Source of the DNA: Alphaproteobacteria bacterium
GTDB lineage: Bacteria > Pseudomonadota > Alphaproteobacteria > SP197
Reading direction: 5' to 3'
Assembly: GCA_964291415.2 (NCBI GenBank)
Contig: OZ219920.1
Location: forward strand, 512,001-576,000
DNA length: 64,000 nucleotides
Positions 44,578 to 54,789 of the stretch are shown here, one piece after another. Under the pieces are notes generated by a model that worked only from the letters and a program-made list of their open reading frames with translations, was not told where the DNA came from and did no database searches. Position 1 is the first letter of the stretch. Every line of letters begins with the position of its first letter. A program made the position numbers and the translations under genes.

Positions 44578-45389
44578 CCGATACCCTCAAGAACCGTGCC
44601 CTGGCCCTCGGCCTGCACGGCCTCGTCTCCCACTGGGGCGACATCGGCGAGACCGGATGGCTCCCAACCCTGATCACATGGGAAGAGGAGGAACGGCGTA
44701 GCCGTAGCCTCAAACGCCGCCTCGGCACCGCCCGCATCGGACGCTTCAAGCCCCTCGCAGACTTCGACTGGGACTGGCCAAGGCGCTGTGACCGCATGGC
44801 CGTCGAGGACCTCATGAGCCTCGACTTCCTCGACGAAGGCGCCAACGTCGTCCTCATCGGACCCAACGGCGTCGGCAAGTCGACCATTGCCGCAAATATC
44901 GCCCACCGCGCCGTGCTCGAAGGCCATACCGTGCGCTTCGCCACTGCCGCCAGCCTGCTCGGCGAACTCGCCGCCATCGACTCCGATACCCTGCTACAGC
45001 GCAAGCTCCGCTTCTACGCCCGACAGCACCTCCTGGTGATCGACGAAGTCGGATATCTCTCCTACTCCAACCGCCATGCCGACCTGCTGTTCAATATCGT
45101 CTCCAGCCGCAGCCAGAAGCGCTCCACCATCATCACAACAAACCGGCCCTTCGCCGAGTGGAGCGAGGCCTTCCCGAACGCCGCCTGCCTCGTGGCCCTG
45201 GTCGACCGGCTCGTCCACAACGCCGAAATCCTCGCCATCGACGGCGACTCATATCGCCGAAAGGAAGCCGAGGAACGTCAGAAGGTCCGAAGCGCCGAGC
45301 GCCGCCGCCGGCGGAGCGCGAAAGACAGGCAGACTACCGGAAAGGCACGTGAAGCCGAACCCGGAACGCCGCCGAACTCCAGCAAATAA
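44574..45389 (+). CDS. istB: IS21 helper ATPase
   Basis: GPNGVGKS, LLVIDEVGY, ITTN, DRLVH, GDSYR. Confidence 0.96.
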   Translation: MTDTLKNRALALGLHGLVSHWGDIGETGWLPTLITWEEEERRSRSLKRRLGTARIGRFKPLADFDWDWPRRCDRMAVEDLMSLDFLDEGANVVLIGPNGVGKSTIAANIAHRAVLEGHTVRFATAASLLGELAAIDSDTLLQRKLRFYARQHLLVIDEVGYLSYSNRHADLLFNIVSSRSQKRSTIITTNRPFAEWSEAFPNAACLVALVDRLVHNAEILAIDGDSYRRKEAEERQKVRSAERRRRRSAKDRQTTGKAREAEPGTPPNSSK

Positions 45390-45475
45390 GTGCACTTCCT
45401 AACCGTCGCTAACAGCCGCCACCGTATCGCGTCGTCCTCCCGCCACCGCGTGACCGAACGGCAACAAACGATCTC

Positions 45476-45598
45476 GTATTCGTTCGTTTAGCGGGTGATG
45501 ACGGTGGGCATTCCACCGAGGGCAGCCCTCTCCGCTCGGGCGGAATTGCGTGCCGCCGCTGGCCCGGCGATGGCATCACCCGCTGAACGAACGAACAT
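45476..45598. mobile_element. Putative 123-bp MITE
   Basis: 22-bp IR (45479-45500 / 45574-45595) flanked by ACGATCTC direct repeats (45468-45475, 45599-45606). Confidence 0.7.
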
Positions 45599-45793
45599 AC
45601 GATCTCTTGGCAGATCCTTCGTCCGGGGCGCATGCGCGCTTGCCGCGGCGCGCGGCTTCGGATCCGGATCGCTCTCTGGATGCTTACGGAGTTCGAATCG
45701 ATCCAGGTGGAAACGGAAAAAAACGTAGATATATTGGCTAGTTAGTGCGTTTCAGACCGTATCCTACTACATGCGCGTCCAGAACGACGCGAT

Positions 45794-46045
45794 TCAGCTT
45801 TCATCCGCCAGAAGCGATTCGAGTCGGGCCTCGGTCAAGCCATTCGCGCAAGCTTCCTCCCCCAAAGCATCCATCGTCGCAGTCAGGCGCTCCCACGCGG
45901 CTCCTCGAAGCCGCTCATACTGCTGCACCGACATGATCACGCCGACCGCGCGGCCCTTTCTGGTCACGCGCACGGGCGCGCTCTGCGCGTCATCGAGCAG
46001 GTGGCCGAAGCGATTCTTGGCTTCTCTCGCCGCTATCTCCTTCAT
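45794..46045 (-). CDS. Phd/YefM antitoxin (orphan; only a stub of a PIN toxin follows)
   Basis: AREAKNRFGHLLD..PVRVTRKGR; overlapping ATG continues MKAE-RVVLD after a frameshift and then degenerates. Confidence 0.9.
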   Translation of the reverse strand: MKEIAAREAKNRFGHLLDDAQSAPVRVTRKGRAVGVIMSVQQYERLRGAAWERLTATMDALGEEACANGLTEARLESLLADES

Positions 46046-46349
46046 GTAGCCATAACAGCCATAATGGCTTCCAATTGCAATCGCTGTCCGACTTGCGGAC
46101 CACCATGATCAAGGTGCGGTCGGGAACTCCCGGCCCCGCCTGATACCCCGCAAGGGTCTCAATTCCCGAAGGGTGGCCGGCGCGACCTCCCGGAATGGAA
46201 GAACGCCCACAGACTTGGTGGGCCCCTGGACAACTCTCCACCGGACACCGGGTCGAGGTCGAAGTGGAGGCCCCGAAACTCCGGGTCAGCAGGCCGGCCC
46301 GCGTCGCAGGACACTTCCCCTGTCGTAGTCGTTCTCGTCATCCAGCCGG

Positions 46350-46480
46350 GGGCATGGGGAACTTCCCCAAGGTTGATGCCGTGGGCGGTGGTGACGATCC
46401 GGCTTTGCGCGGCCTGGCGGAACACCTTGATCAGGGGCGCCGCCGGTACCGCGCCCGCCTCGACAAGGTTGCAGTCAATG
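46350..46480 (-). pseudogene. RecD2-like helicase fragment
   Basis: GAVP..L..VFRQAAQSRIVTTAHGINLG motif only. Confidence 0.6.
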
Positions 46481-46603
46481 CAATTGCGCTTGCCGGGCGA
46501 CACCCTTCTCGGTCTTGAAGGGTTGCTCCCTGACAGGGTGGAAGCGCCGCCGTCCAAGGGGCCAGGTCCCCGCCTGCACATGCCGGGCCGACGGGATCCC
46601 GTC

Positions 46604-47353
46604 TCAGTCGAGGGGCCTGATCGCCTTCATGATGAGGGTCGCCGGCACCATGTCGAGAATTCTCGGGACATACTTGGCGCGCAGGCCGAACCAGGGATCG
46701 TAGGGATAGCGAATTCGGGAGTCCGGCTCGACAATTCTCTCGACCGCCAAACCGGCGTCCACCAGAGCCTGGTGCAGGCTCGAGATGGTGTACCGGTGGA
46801 CCGTGACGTGGCCGTGCTCGCCCCTGTCGTCGAGACTTGGGCCCGTTTCGTTGCAGCTCTCGACGAGCATCAGGGTGTCACGATCGACCTTCCTGAAGAA
46901 GGGGTGCTCGAGCGAAAAGACAAAGACGCCGCCTGGCCGCAGGACGCGCATGACCTCGCGGAAGGTCCCGGTCCTGTCGGCCACGAACTGCAGGGCGAAC
47001 GCGGAGAACACGATGTCCATGCTCGCCGAGGCGATCGGCTCGAGGTCGCCCATGTCGTGTTGCACGAAGTCGATCTCGACGCCGTGCCGGACCGCCAGCG
47101 CCCGGGCGAAGCGGAGCTGCTCGACCGAGATATCGAGCGCGGTCGGCCGGGCCCCGCGCAGGGCAAACGCGACCGAACACTGGGCGCCGCCACATCCGAT
47201 CTCCAGGACGTCCCGCCCCTTGAGGTCGCCCAGCAGGTTGAGTTCGTCCTCGTTGGGGCTGCCCGGGCCGTAGTGGATGTCGACAGGGATGCGCGTGCCC
47301 GCCTGGTAGGCCCCGGAATAGCCTTCCCAGAATTCCTTGATGTCGTCCGTCAT
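46604..47353 (-). CDS. Class I SAM-dependent methyltransferase
   Basis: VLEIGCGGAQ, LDIS, RVLRPGGVFVFS. Confidence 0.92.
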   Translation of the reverse strand: MTDDIKEFWEGYSGAYQAGTRIPVDIHYGPGSPNEDELNLLGDLKGRDVLEIGCGGAQCSVAFALRGARPTALDISVEQLRFARALAVRHGVEIDFVQHDMGDLEPIASASMDIVFSAFALQFVADRTGTFREVMRVLRPGGVFVFSLEHPFFRKVDRDTLMLVESCNETGPSLDDRGEHGHVTVHRYTISSLHQALVDAGLAVERIVEPDSRIRYPYDPWFGLRAKYVPRILDMVPATLIMKAIRPLD

Positions 47354-47660
47354 GTCAGGAACCCCCGACGGCCGACTGGTCCTGCACCGGCGCGGCGCCT
47401 TGCTTCGACCCGAAACGCCCTTGCATCGCTTCCGGCTCTCCCTTTGCGGTCCGTCCGGCGCCTTGTCGTTCTCCCCTTGTGGCGGATCGGGGCCGGCGAT
47501 TCAAGCGACGACATGGACCGTCAGGCGCGCCAGACACCCTCCTGCAGGAGTTCGTCCGTCGCCGCCGACCCGGATCGAAGAGCGCCCGCAGACTTGCCCA
47601 CAACTACCAGGGGAGCCAACTCCTACACTATGTGGTGGGACTCAACCTCTGGTGGTTGGC

Positions 47661-48715
47661 TAGAGCGCAATCCTATCTGAGTGAATCGAAAGGGATTCCC
47701 AAGTCGTTTGTTTTGTGATTCACACTGTCTGCCGGGAAGGAGGCCGGCAGACATGTCGCAAGCGCTTTCCCTTGATCTTCGTGTTCGGGTCCTTGAGGCG
47801 GTGGCCGAGGGCCTGAGTCACCGCGCCGCTGCGGCCCGCTTTGGCGTGAGTGCGGCGAGTGTCAGCCGCTGGCGCAGACGGGCACACGTTGAGGGCGATC
47901 CTCGTCCGAGAGCGCTGGGCGGCGACCGTCGCTCGGGTCGCATCGAAGCGCATCGAACGCTGATCCTTGGCGTGCTGGCTGAGACGCCGGACAGCACCAT
48001 CGAAGAGTTGCGCCGCCTGCTCGCCAGGCGCGGGCTCGACTTTGGCTACGGCACGATCCAGCGCTTCCTCATCCGCCACCAGATGACGCGCAAGAAGAAG
48101 ACGGGCCACGCCAGCGAGCAGGACCGCCCGGACGTTCTCGATCGCCGGCAGGCGTGGCGCGAGAAACAGACCGCGCTCGATGCGACCCGTCTGGTCTTCA
48201 TCGACGAAACCTGGGCCAAGACCAACATGACCCGCAGCCATGGCCGCGCGCTCAAGGGCCAACGCCTACGCATGGGCCAGCCGCACAGTCACTGGAAGAC
48301 CTCGACCTTCGTCGCCGGGCTCACGCTTGGAGGCATGATCGCACCCTTCGTGCTCGACGGACCGATCAACCGTCTCGCCTTCGAGACCTACGTCGAGAGG
48401 GTGCTGGTCCCCGAACTGCGCCCGGGCGACATCGTCATCATGGACAACCTGTCCAGCCACAAGGGGCCAAGGGTCCGGGAAACGATTCAGACGGCCGGTG
48501 CCGAGCTCGTGTTCCTCCCGCCCTACTCACCCGATCTCAACCCGATCGAGATGGCCTTCTCCAAGCTCAAGGCGAACTTGCGCAAGGCCGCCGAGCGCAC
48601 CGTAGAAGGCCTGTGGAACGCCATCGCCCGCATTCTCGAAACCATCAAGCCCCAGGAATGCCGGAACTACTTCGCAGCCGCCGGATATGATCCAGCCTGA
48701 TCGGATAACGCTCTA
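47661..48715 (+). mobile_element. IS630-family element
   Basis: Ends TAGAGCGCAATCCTATC / GATCGGATAACGCTCTA; TA at both ends. Confidence 0.92.
47753..48700 (+). CDS. IS630 transposase
   Basis: LVFIDET, IMDNLSSHK, LPPYSPDLNPIE. Confidence 0.96.
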   Translation: MSQALSLDLRVRVLEAVAEGLSHRAAAARFGVSAASVSRWRRRAHVEGDPRPRALGGDRRSGRIEAHRTLILGVLAETPDSTIEELRRLLARRGLDFGYGTIQRFLIRHQMTRKKKTGHASEQDRPDVLDRRQAWREKQTALDATRLVFIDETWAKTNMTRSHGRALKGQRLRMGQPHSHWKTSTFVAGLTLGGMIAPFVLDGPINRLAFETYVERVLVPELRPGDIVIMDNLSSHKGPRVRETIQTAGAELVFLPPYSPDLNPIEMAFSKLKANLRKAAERTVEGLWNAIARILETIKPQECRNYFAAAGYDPA

Positions 48716-48829
48716 GAGCGGAAGATCCGGTCGCTTGCAGCGGTGCAGGCGAACGCACGTATGGAAGAATGATCGATCAAATCCCGGAGATTCGCCGCGC
48801 GTTCTTTGCGCGTTTCGCAACGGCACATG

Positions 48830-49439
48830 TCAGCGGTACACGGCGGGGCTCTTCTTCGAGCGAGCCAGTTCGAGGAAACGGGTCTTGATCCGCGCGAACA
48901 GCCCCGGCGGGATGTAACCGTAGCTGAGGGTATCCGGCCGACCGGGCACCGGAGACAGTCCGGCATTGGGCCATTGGGACATATATCGGAAAGTCACATC
49001 ACACTTTCCGATCTACAGCATTGCACTCCAGCAATGTCAATGCATGGGCGGCCTTCGGGTCGAGTCGTTTGATCGGCGTTCCCGCGTTGCCCACACACGA
49101 GGCCCGGCCCATCACGCCGGGCCTCTTTGTGACTTTCGGATAGTAAGTCCCGGGCCATTCATCGATGTTGTGTTCCGATACGATCACCCAGTTCGGCGGG
49201 CCGTCCAGGCCCAAGGCCTGTCTGACGCGCGCCGGCATTTCGATGCCCACGGTATCGCCCTCGGGTCGTGCATGGGTGATCGGCAGCAGCACGACATGGC
49301 GCGGGCGATGCGTCGGGTCGGTGGCGGCTATCAGACAAGCAGGACGGTTCTTGCCCTGATCGCGGCCGGTGGCGGCCTCATGCGTCCAGAGAGTGTCGTA
49401 GCGGACGAGCAGGCCCGGCTTCGGATCGGGAAGCGTCAC
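48830..49439 (-). pseudogene. PemK/MazF-like toxin interrupted by a MITE
   Basis: GKNRPAC, VVLLPITH; removing the insert and one duplicated target restores ..NIDEWP-NAGLSPVPG..YGYIPPGLF..stop. Confidence 0.8.
48976..49151. mobile_element. 176-bp MITE with 8-bp target duplication
   Basis: IRs GGGACATATATCGGAAAGTCACA / TGTGACTTTCGGATAGTAAGTCCC; GGGCCATT at 48968-48975 and 49152-49159. Confidence 0.9.
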
Positions 49440-49449
49440 CGTTTCGTCG

Positions 49450-49704
49450 TTACGTCAGCAGGTCGTCGAGCGGCTTGTGCTCCACATCCATCTCGGCGCG
49501 CTCCACCGCGTCGATCACCACATCGGCGGAATCTTCTGTACGATGGCTGCGCTGCGCCGAAGCTCGAAGCCAGTCATATTGCTCCGCGGACATGAGCACG
49601 AACTCTCGGCGCCCATGCCGGGTTATCTCCACCGGCTCGCGCTGCGCCTCGTGCTGGAACCGGCCGAACTTGCGCTGGAACTCAAGGGCGCTCACTCTGG
49701 GCAT
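49450..49704 (-). CDS. Phd/YefM antitoxin
   Basis: VSALEFQRKFG..EPVEITRHGR..VLMSAEQY. Confidence 0.9.
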   Translation of the reverse strand: MPRVSALEFQRKFGRFQHEAQREPVEITRHGRREFVLMSAEQYDWLRASAQRSHRTEDSADVVIDAVERAEMDVEHKPLDDLLT

Positions 49705-49789
49705 GGCAAACTCCCCAGATAACAAGGATCGGCCTCAATACACGTATAGACCGTAGAGTTGAAAGGGGCAGGCTCGCGAAGCTGTGCGC

Positions 49790-49985
49790 CGGTCCAGTCG
49801 GCCGCGTATCCTCGGGTGCGGAAGGTCCGGCAGCCGCATGTCCGGTGATGCACGAAGCCGCAGGACCAGACGCGGTCCGTCCGCTCGGTACGCACCTTCA
49901 GCCCCTCGCGCCGCCGCACCACGCCAGAGGCCCTGCGCACATCGCAGACAACGTCCGTTGCGTCAGCACACCTGTCGCAAGGGTC
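49790..49985 (-). pseudogene. IS3-family transposase remnant
   Basis: RREGLKV..ERTDRVWSCGFVHHRT..RTFRT, degenerate integrase-core start. Confidence 0.6.
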
Positions 49986-51924
49986 ACGCCTGACTCCCGG
50001 GACCTCGTCTTCGGGACGACGGGTCCTCTCCAGCCAATCCCTCCAGCAACAGCACCTCGACGGGAGCGGCGCGCCCCTTGACCGGAATCGTGCCGGCCGG
50101 TGTCGCGGCAAAGTCGCTGCCCGCGTCACGGGCGGTATCGGCGCTGATGGCGATGGCCACCTCGGCCAGGGGCGCGATGTCCCGGCCAAGCTGCTCGAGT
50201 CGCTGGGCGACGTTCACCGTGTCGCCGATCACCGTGTAGTTCAGCCTCGTCGGGCTGCCGATGTTGGCCACGGTCGCCTGGCCGGAGTGGATGCCGATGC
50301 GCATTCGCATGGCCCTGTTTCCGGATGCCTCGCGTTCCCGGTTGTCCTCCTCGATGCGCCGCCGGATGGCGAGAGCGGCAAGGCACGCGCGCCTGGCACG
50401 GTGCTTCTGCTTCTCCGGTGCGCCCCAGAACGCCATGACCCCGTCGCCGATGAACTTGTCGACGGTGCCGCCCTCGGCCTCGATCTCCGCCGTCAGGATC
50501 GAGAAGTGATGGTTGAGCAGGGCCGTGACCCCGGCCGCGCTCATGCCCTCCGACACCGTGGAATAGCCGGCGATGTCGGTGAACATGACGGTGATGTTGC
50601 GGCGGTCCGATTCGAGCCCGGCCATGTCGCCGGCGTGCATGATCTGGCGGACCAGGGCCCGCGGGACATAGGCCTGGAACCATGTGAGCGCGCCGCTCAT
50701 GGAGTTGAAGGCGTCCGCCTGGCGATCGAGTTCGATGACGCGGCTGGGCGGCAGGGTCTCGAGGCGGTCAAGGTCCATGCGCCCGACCAGATGGGCGGCG
50801 GCAGACAGCCGTTCAAGGGGGCGCGACAGGCGTCGCCCGATCAGCATCGCGACGATGAGCGAGATGAGGATGGCTGTCACTCCGATGACGACGGAATTGA
50901 CCAGGCGGCCGATTTCCTCGTCGAAGACCTCCGCGCGATAGTAGGCGCCGACCAGAAGCGGCACGGTGGTGTAGGCATCGATGGAGCGGTAGACGAAGAC
51001 CAGGGTCGTGCCGTCGATCTCCACCGTGTGGCTCTCCATGTCGGACGTTGCCGGCACGACGATGCGCCGGATCAGCCGGGCGGTGGTGAGCGTGCGCACC
51101 CGGCCCTGCATGTCGGTCGCCGGCAGGGCGATCCGTTCAAGGGTTGCAGGATCCCACATGCCGGCGAGACCGGCATCGGCAAAGCTCTCGAGGGCCGGCA
51201 GGGGATCGGCGGCGGAAAGACCGGGATAGCCGCCGGCCATCAGGCCGTGGGCAAGGACCCGGTCGCGGCCGAAGAGGGCAAAGACCTGGCTGCGCAAGTC
51301 CGCGACGGCGGGCGCCATGCGTGCCGACAGCTGCTCGATGCTGATGGCGGTGACCAGCGCCCCGAGGACTTCGCCGCCGCGCCGGACCGGCCAAACGAGC
51401 GTCAGGATCGTGATGTCGTAGTCGGCTCTCCAGCTCGGCGGCATCCAGAATGGCCCGTCGCCGGCCGCGGCCCTCGCGAGCGCTTCCACGGCGATCGGGT
51501 CGTCTCCGGACGGGACATGGTAAATCCGGGCAGGGGGATCGAGACGGTCGACGATCACGGCCTCGCCGCCCGGAAAGATGAAGGCATGCCCGGCGATGGC
51601 CGGATCGGCGGCCATGGCGCCCGTCAGCAGCGATCCCAGACGCGCGCCGTCGTCGACATCGACCTTGCCGGTTTCCAGCATGCCGGCAACGAAGGCGGTC
51701 TGGGTTCTGGCAGCGGCAAGATGCCGGTCGATCTCGCGCACGACGAGCGACACACCGAGTTCCGCCTCCTTGCGAAGGAGGTCGATGGTGTTTCGGGTGG
51801 CGCCCGTCACGGTGATGCCCAGCACGGCAGCCATGGAAACGGTGATGAGCGTGCCGAAACAGACCGACAGGACCAGCGACATCGACAGTCGCCAGCGCTT
51901 CTCCCGTCCCGCACGTGTCTCCAC
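49984..51924 (-). CDS. Membrane class III adenylate/guanylate cyclase with sensor and HAMP domains
   Basis: Two TM helices; VMFTDIAGYS, DKFIGDGVMAFWGAP, RIGIHSG, YTVIGDTVNVAQRLE. Confidence 0.93.
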   Translation of the reverse strand: METRAGREKRWRLSMSLVLSVCFGTLITVSMAAVLGITVTGATRNTIDLLRKEAELGVSLVVREIDRHLAAARTQTAFVAGMLETGKVDVDDGARLGSLLTGAMAADPAIAGHAFIFPGGEAVIVDRLDPPARIYHVPSGDDPIAVEALARAAAGDGPFWMPPSWRADYDITILTLVWPVRRGGEVLGALVTAISIEQLSARMAPAVADLRSQVFALFGRDRVLAHGLMAGGYPGLSAADPLPALESFADAGLAGMWDPATLERIALPATDMQGRVRTLTTARLIRRIVVPATSDMESHTVEIDGTTLVFVYRSIDAYTTVPLLVGAYYRAEVFDEEIGRLVNSVVIGVTAILISLIVAMLIGRRLSRPLERLSAAAHLVGRMDLDRLETLPPSRVIELDRQADAFNSMSGALTWFQAYVPRALVRQIMHAGDMAGLESDRRNITVMFTDIAGYSTVSEGMSAAGVTALLNHHFSILTAEIEAEGGTVDKFIGDGVMAFWGAPEKQKHRARRACLAALAIRRRIEEDNREREASGNRAMRMRIGIHSGQATVANIGSPTRLNYTVIGDTVNVAQRLEQLGRDIAPLAEVAIAISADTARDAGSDFAATPAGTIPVKGRAAPVEVLLLEGLAGEDPSSRRRGPGSQA

Positions 51925-52077
51925 AATGGTGCTCCAGTCCGGTTATCCAAGGAGACGCAAGGGTAGCAACCATCGCACCCTTCGTCCGGCAGTTGATTCA
52001 TCCACAGTCCTCGTTCGGTTGGTTTCCACAAGGAGTCTAGGATGCCGGCAACCTCCCCGGGACTAGAGGAGCAGGGT

Positions 52078-53460
52078 GTGCCACGACTGCCGGACACGTT
52101 CGCGTACTACTTCGAGCCCCGCATGGCCCGCATCTTCCTCCTGGGAATCATCAGCGGGTTCCCGTGGGTCCTGATCGGCAGCAGCCTCAATCTCTGGCTC
52201 CAGGAGGACGGTCTTTCCCGCAGCACCATAGGCTGGGCCGGCCTCATCTTCGGCGTCTACGCCTTCAACTTCCTGTGGGCACCGCTCATTGACCGCATCC
52301 GGATGCCGTGGCTCACGGACCGGATCGGCCACCGGCGCGCCTGGATCGTCGTCCTCCAGGCGGTCATTCTCGCAAGTCTGGTCGTCTGGAGTCTCATCGA
52401 TCCGCTGGCCAACCTTGCAGCGGTCATCGGTGTCGGCCTCGTCATCGCCATCGCCTCGGCAACCCAGGACATCACCATCGATGCCCTGAGGATCGAGCAG
52501 ATCGGCCAGGCGGAAGGCGAGGCGATGGCCGCCGGCGCGGCCACCGCCGTGGTGGGCTGGTGGACCGGCTACAAGATCGGCGGGATCATCGCGCTCGAGA
52601 CGGCCCAGCGCTTCCAGGACGCCGGTTTCGCCAACTACTGGCAGATGACCTTCCTGGTGCTGGGAGCGGTGGTCATTGCCTGCAACATTGCCCTGATGTT
52701 CGTGCGCGAAGCGCCGGCCCACGAACGCCTGGCCCGTCAGGCCGACGACGAGAAACAGGTTGCGCGCACGTTGCCGGGTCCCCTTGCCTGGCTCGGCGCC
52801 ACCGTGGCCGGGCCGCTGATGAGTTTCTTCCGCAAGAACGGCCTTGCCATCGCCGTCGCCATCCTCGGCTTCATCTTCCTCTTCAAAATCGGCGAGGCCT
52901 TCCTCGGGCGCATGTCGCTCGTATTCTACAAGGAAGTCGGGTTCACCAAGTCGGACATCGCGCTCTATTCCAAGGGACTGGGCTGGATCACCACGCTTGC
53001 CTTTTCCGTCCTGGGCGGGCTCCTCGCCATCCGCATCGGTCTCATCCGCGCGATGTTCGTCTCCGGCCTTGCCATGGCGGCGACCAACCTGCTCTTCGCG
53101 CTGCTGGCCTGGACCGGGCGCTCGGAACTCCTCTTCGCAGTCGCCGTGGTCATGGACGACCTGACGAGCGCCTTCGCCACGGTGACCTTCGTCGCCTTCA
53201 TCTCGATGCTGGTCGATCGCACCTACACGGCGACGCAGTACGCCCTGATGGCCTCCATCGGCACCGCCGGCAGGACCCTCTTTGCCGCCTCGTCGGGCGA
53301 ACTCGTCGACTGGCTCGAGGGCGACTGGGGCACGTTTTTCGTCATCACCACCCTCATGGTGCTCCCCTCGCTCGTCTGCCTCTTCCTCATCCGCTCGCGC
53401 CTCGCCGCCATGCTGGCAGGCGCACGCGTCCGGCTCTTCACGAAGGAGGCGGAATCCTGA
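52078..53460 (+). CDS. ampG: AmpG-family MFS muropeptide permease
   Basis: LGIISGFP, NFLWAPLID, SATQDITIDA, YTATQYAL. Confidence 0.9.
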   Translation: MPRLPDTFAYYFEPRMARIFLLGIISGFPWVLIGSSLNLWLQEDGLSRSTIGWAGLIFGVYAFNFLWAPLIDRIRMPWLTDRIGHRRAWIVVLQAVILASLVVWSLIDPLANLAAVIGVGLVIAIASATQDITIDALRIEQIGQAEGEAMAAGAATAVVGWWTGYKIGGIIALETAQRFQDAGFANYWQMTFLVLGAVVIACNIALMFVREAPAHERLARQADDEKQVARTLPGPLAWLGATVAGPLMSFFRKNGLAIAVAILGFIFLFKIGEAFLGRMSLVFYKEVGFTKSDIALYSKGLGWITTLAFSVLGGLLAIRIGLIRAMFVSGLAMAATNLLFALLAWTGRSELLFAVAVVMDDLTSAFATVTFVAFISMLVDRTYTATQYALMASIGTAGRTLFAASSGELVDWLEGDWGTFFVITTLMVLPSLVCLFLIRSRLAAMLAGARVRLFTKEAES

Positions 53461-53461
53461 T
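53318..53461 (+). repeat. 144-bp direct repeat copy 1 (ampG 3' end)
   Basis: Matches 54790-54933 with 8 mismatches by manual alignment. Confidence 0.95.
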
Positions 53462-53731
53462 CTAAGGATCACCGCGCGCTCGTCATCGACCGGCCTCTCA
53501 AAGTCTGTAGCGACTTTTCGAGGCCTCGTCCGACGAGGCGACCGACGCGGCTCTCGAGACGCAGCGGGGCAGGGGCGGCAATGACCTTTCGGTTGCAGCC
53601 ATGCAACCCGAGGCGTCCTGGGGACGCAATGGCGGCGCCTGCACGAACGCATCCGAACCATTCACCGAATACCCGCCAACCCGCCAGGCGCCAGAACCGA
53701 CACTTGGACGTTCCCGGGATGCACTCCATTG

Positions 53732-53751
53732 TGATAGCGTATATGCTGTCA
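53732..53751. promoter_or_regulatory. Putative TA operator palindrome
   Basis: TGATAGC-N6-GCTGTCA directly before the PIN gene start. Confidence 0.45.
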
Positions 53752-53755
53752 AGTT

Positions 53756-54184
53756 ATGGAGAAGAAGATTGTCTCGGGCACGTATGTTCTTGTCTCCGCG
53801 GTTCTTTCTCCTGATGGCGCGGCGCGGGAAGTCCTGCGGCGGTGCCTTGTCGGCGCCGCCCAACCGTTGATCGGCAACGCATTGTTCCTGGAGTACGAGG
53901 ATGTCCTGTCGAGAGAGGAGTTGTTCGCCGAGGCGCTGATCGGTTCGCAAGAGCGTACGGCACTGATGGATGCCGTGCTGGGCGTCTGCCAGTGGATTAA
54001 CATTTCCTATCTTTGGCACCCGAACCTCCGGGACGAGTCCGACAATCACCTGGTGGAGTTGGCGGTTGCTGGGAATGCGGCGTGGATTGTGACAGGCAAT
54101 GCGAGGGATGCCGCAGAGGGGGAGCTCGTTTTCGATGGCTTCCAGGTTGTCACACCGGGGGAATGGCTGAAGGGAGACTATTGA
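53756..54184 (+). CDS. PIN-domain toxin, first catalytic motif altered
   Basis: EYEDVLSR, PNLRDESDNHLVELAVAG, IVTGN.RD; the expected DTNV reads GTYV. Confidence 0.85.
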   Translation: MEKKIVSGTYVLVSAVLSPDGAAREVLRRCLVGAAQPLIGNALFLEYEDVLSREELFAEALIGSQERTALMDAVLGVCQWINISYLWHPNLRDESDNHLVELAVAGNAAWIVTGNARDAAEGELVFDGFQVVTPGEWLKGDY

Positions 54185-54185
54185 C

Positions 54186-54416
54186 ATGGCAACGCTGACG
54201 ATCCGGCTTCCCGATGCGCACCGCGACCGTTTGGCGGCGATGGCTGCGCAGCGTGGCGTGAGCATGAACAAGCTGATGGCAGAGCTCTCGGTGCGGGCGT
54301 TGGCCGAACACGACACCGAAATGCGGTTCCGGATGCGCGCAGCGCGCGGCGATACCGAACGTGGTTTGAAGTTGCTTGCCGAACTCGACCGTCGGCACGC
54401 GCAGTCGAATACGTGA
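54186..54416 (+). CDS. Ribbon-helix-helix antitoxin
   Basis: MATLTIRLPD..RL..A..RGVSMNKL; coupled to the PIN gene. Confidence 0.85.
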   Translation: MATLTIRLPDAHRDRLAAMAAQRGVSMNKLMAELSVRALAEHDTEMRFRMRAARGDTERGLKLLAELDRRHAQSNT

Positions 54417-54537
54417 GGGACCCGCGAGTCTTTCGATTGACGCGATCTGTCCGGTCCGGTCCATGCCGTGTTCTCGACTCGTCGAAAGCATGCTGGAAGA
54501 GGTGTGCCGACGCGATCTGCGCAAGGGATAATCGACC

Positions 54538-54789
54538 ATGGCCATGCTGACCGTGCGCAACCTGCCCGGACGAGGTGCATCGCGCTTTGGCGTGTGCGGG
54601 CGGCTCTGAGCGGCCGCAGCATCGAGGCCGAAGTACGCGCCATTCTCGAGGAAACACTTCTGCCGGAAGGGCGGGCCGCCATGGGGCACTGCTGACCGCC
54701 ATCCGCCGGCGCGCCGAGTTGAAGGACGGCGATGTTGCAGGATTCGCGCAACACGCCGCCGCTCTGGTCCGACCGATCGATCCGGCGCC
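54538..54789 (+). pseudogene. FitA-like plasmid stability antitoxin, frameshifted
   Basis: MAMLTVRNLP / RVRAA..GRSIEAEVRAIL split across frames. Confidence 0.75.

Larger units (their letters stand above)
42240..45414 (+). mobile_element. Complete IS21-family element
   Basis: TG...CA ends; ~40-bp imperfect IRs sharing TTATTTGCTGGAGTT; 5-bp GCCGC target duplication (42235-42239, 45415-45419); istA and istB. Confidence 0.95.

Noticed and set aside
46198-47600. Short similarity GAAGAACGCCCACAGACTTG / GAAGAGCGCCCGCAGACTTG flanking the methyltransferase
   Set aside because: About 20 bp with mismatches and no other supporting structure.
48709-48720. CGCTCTAGAGCG palindrome as a second IS630 end
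   Set aside because: Explained by the IS end joined to its target; no second transposase follows.
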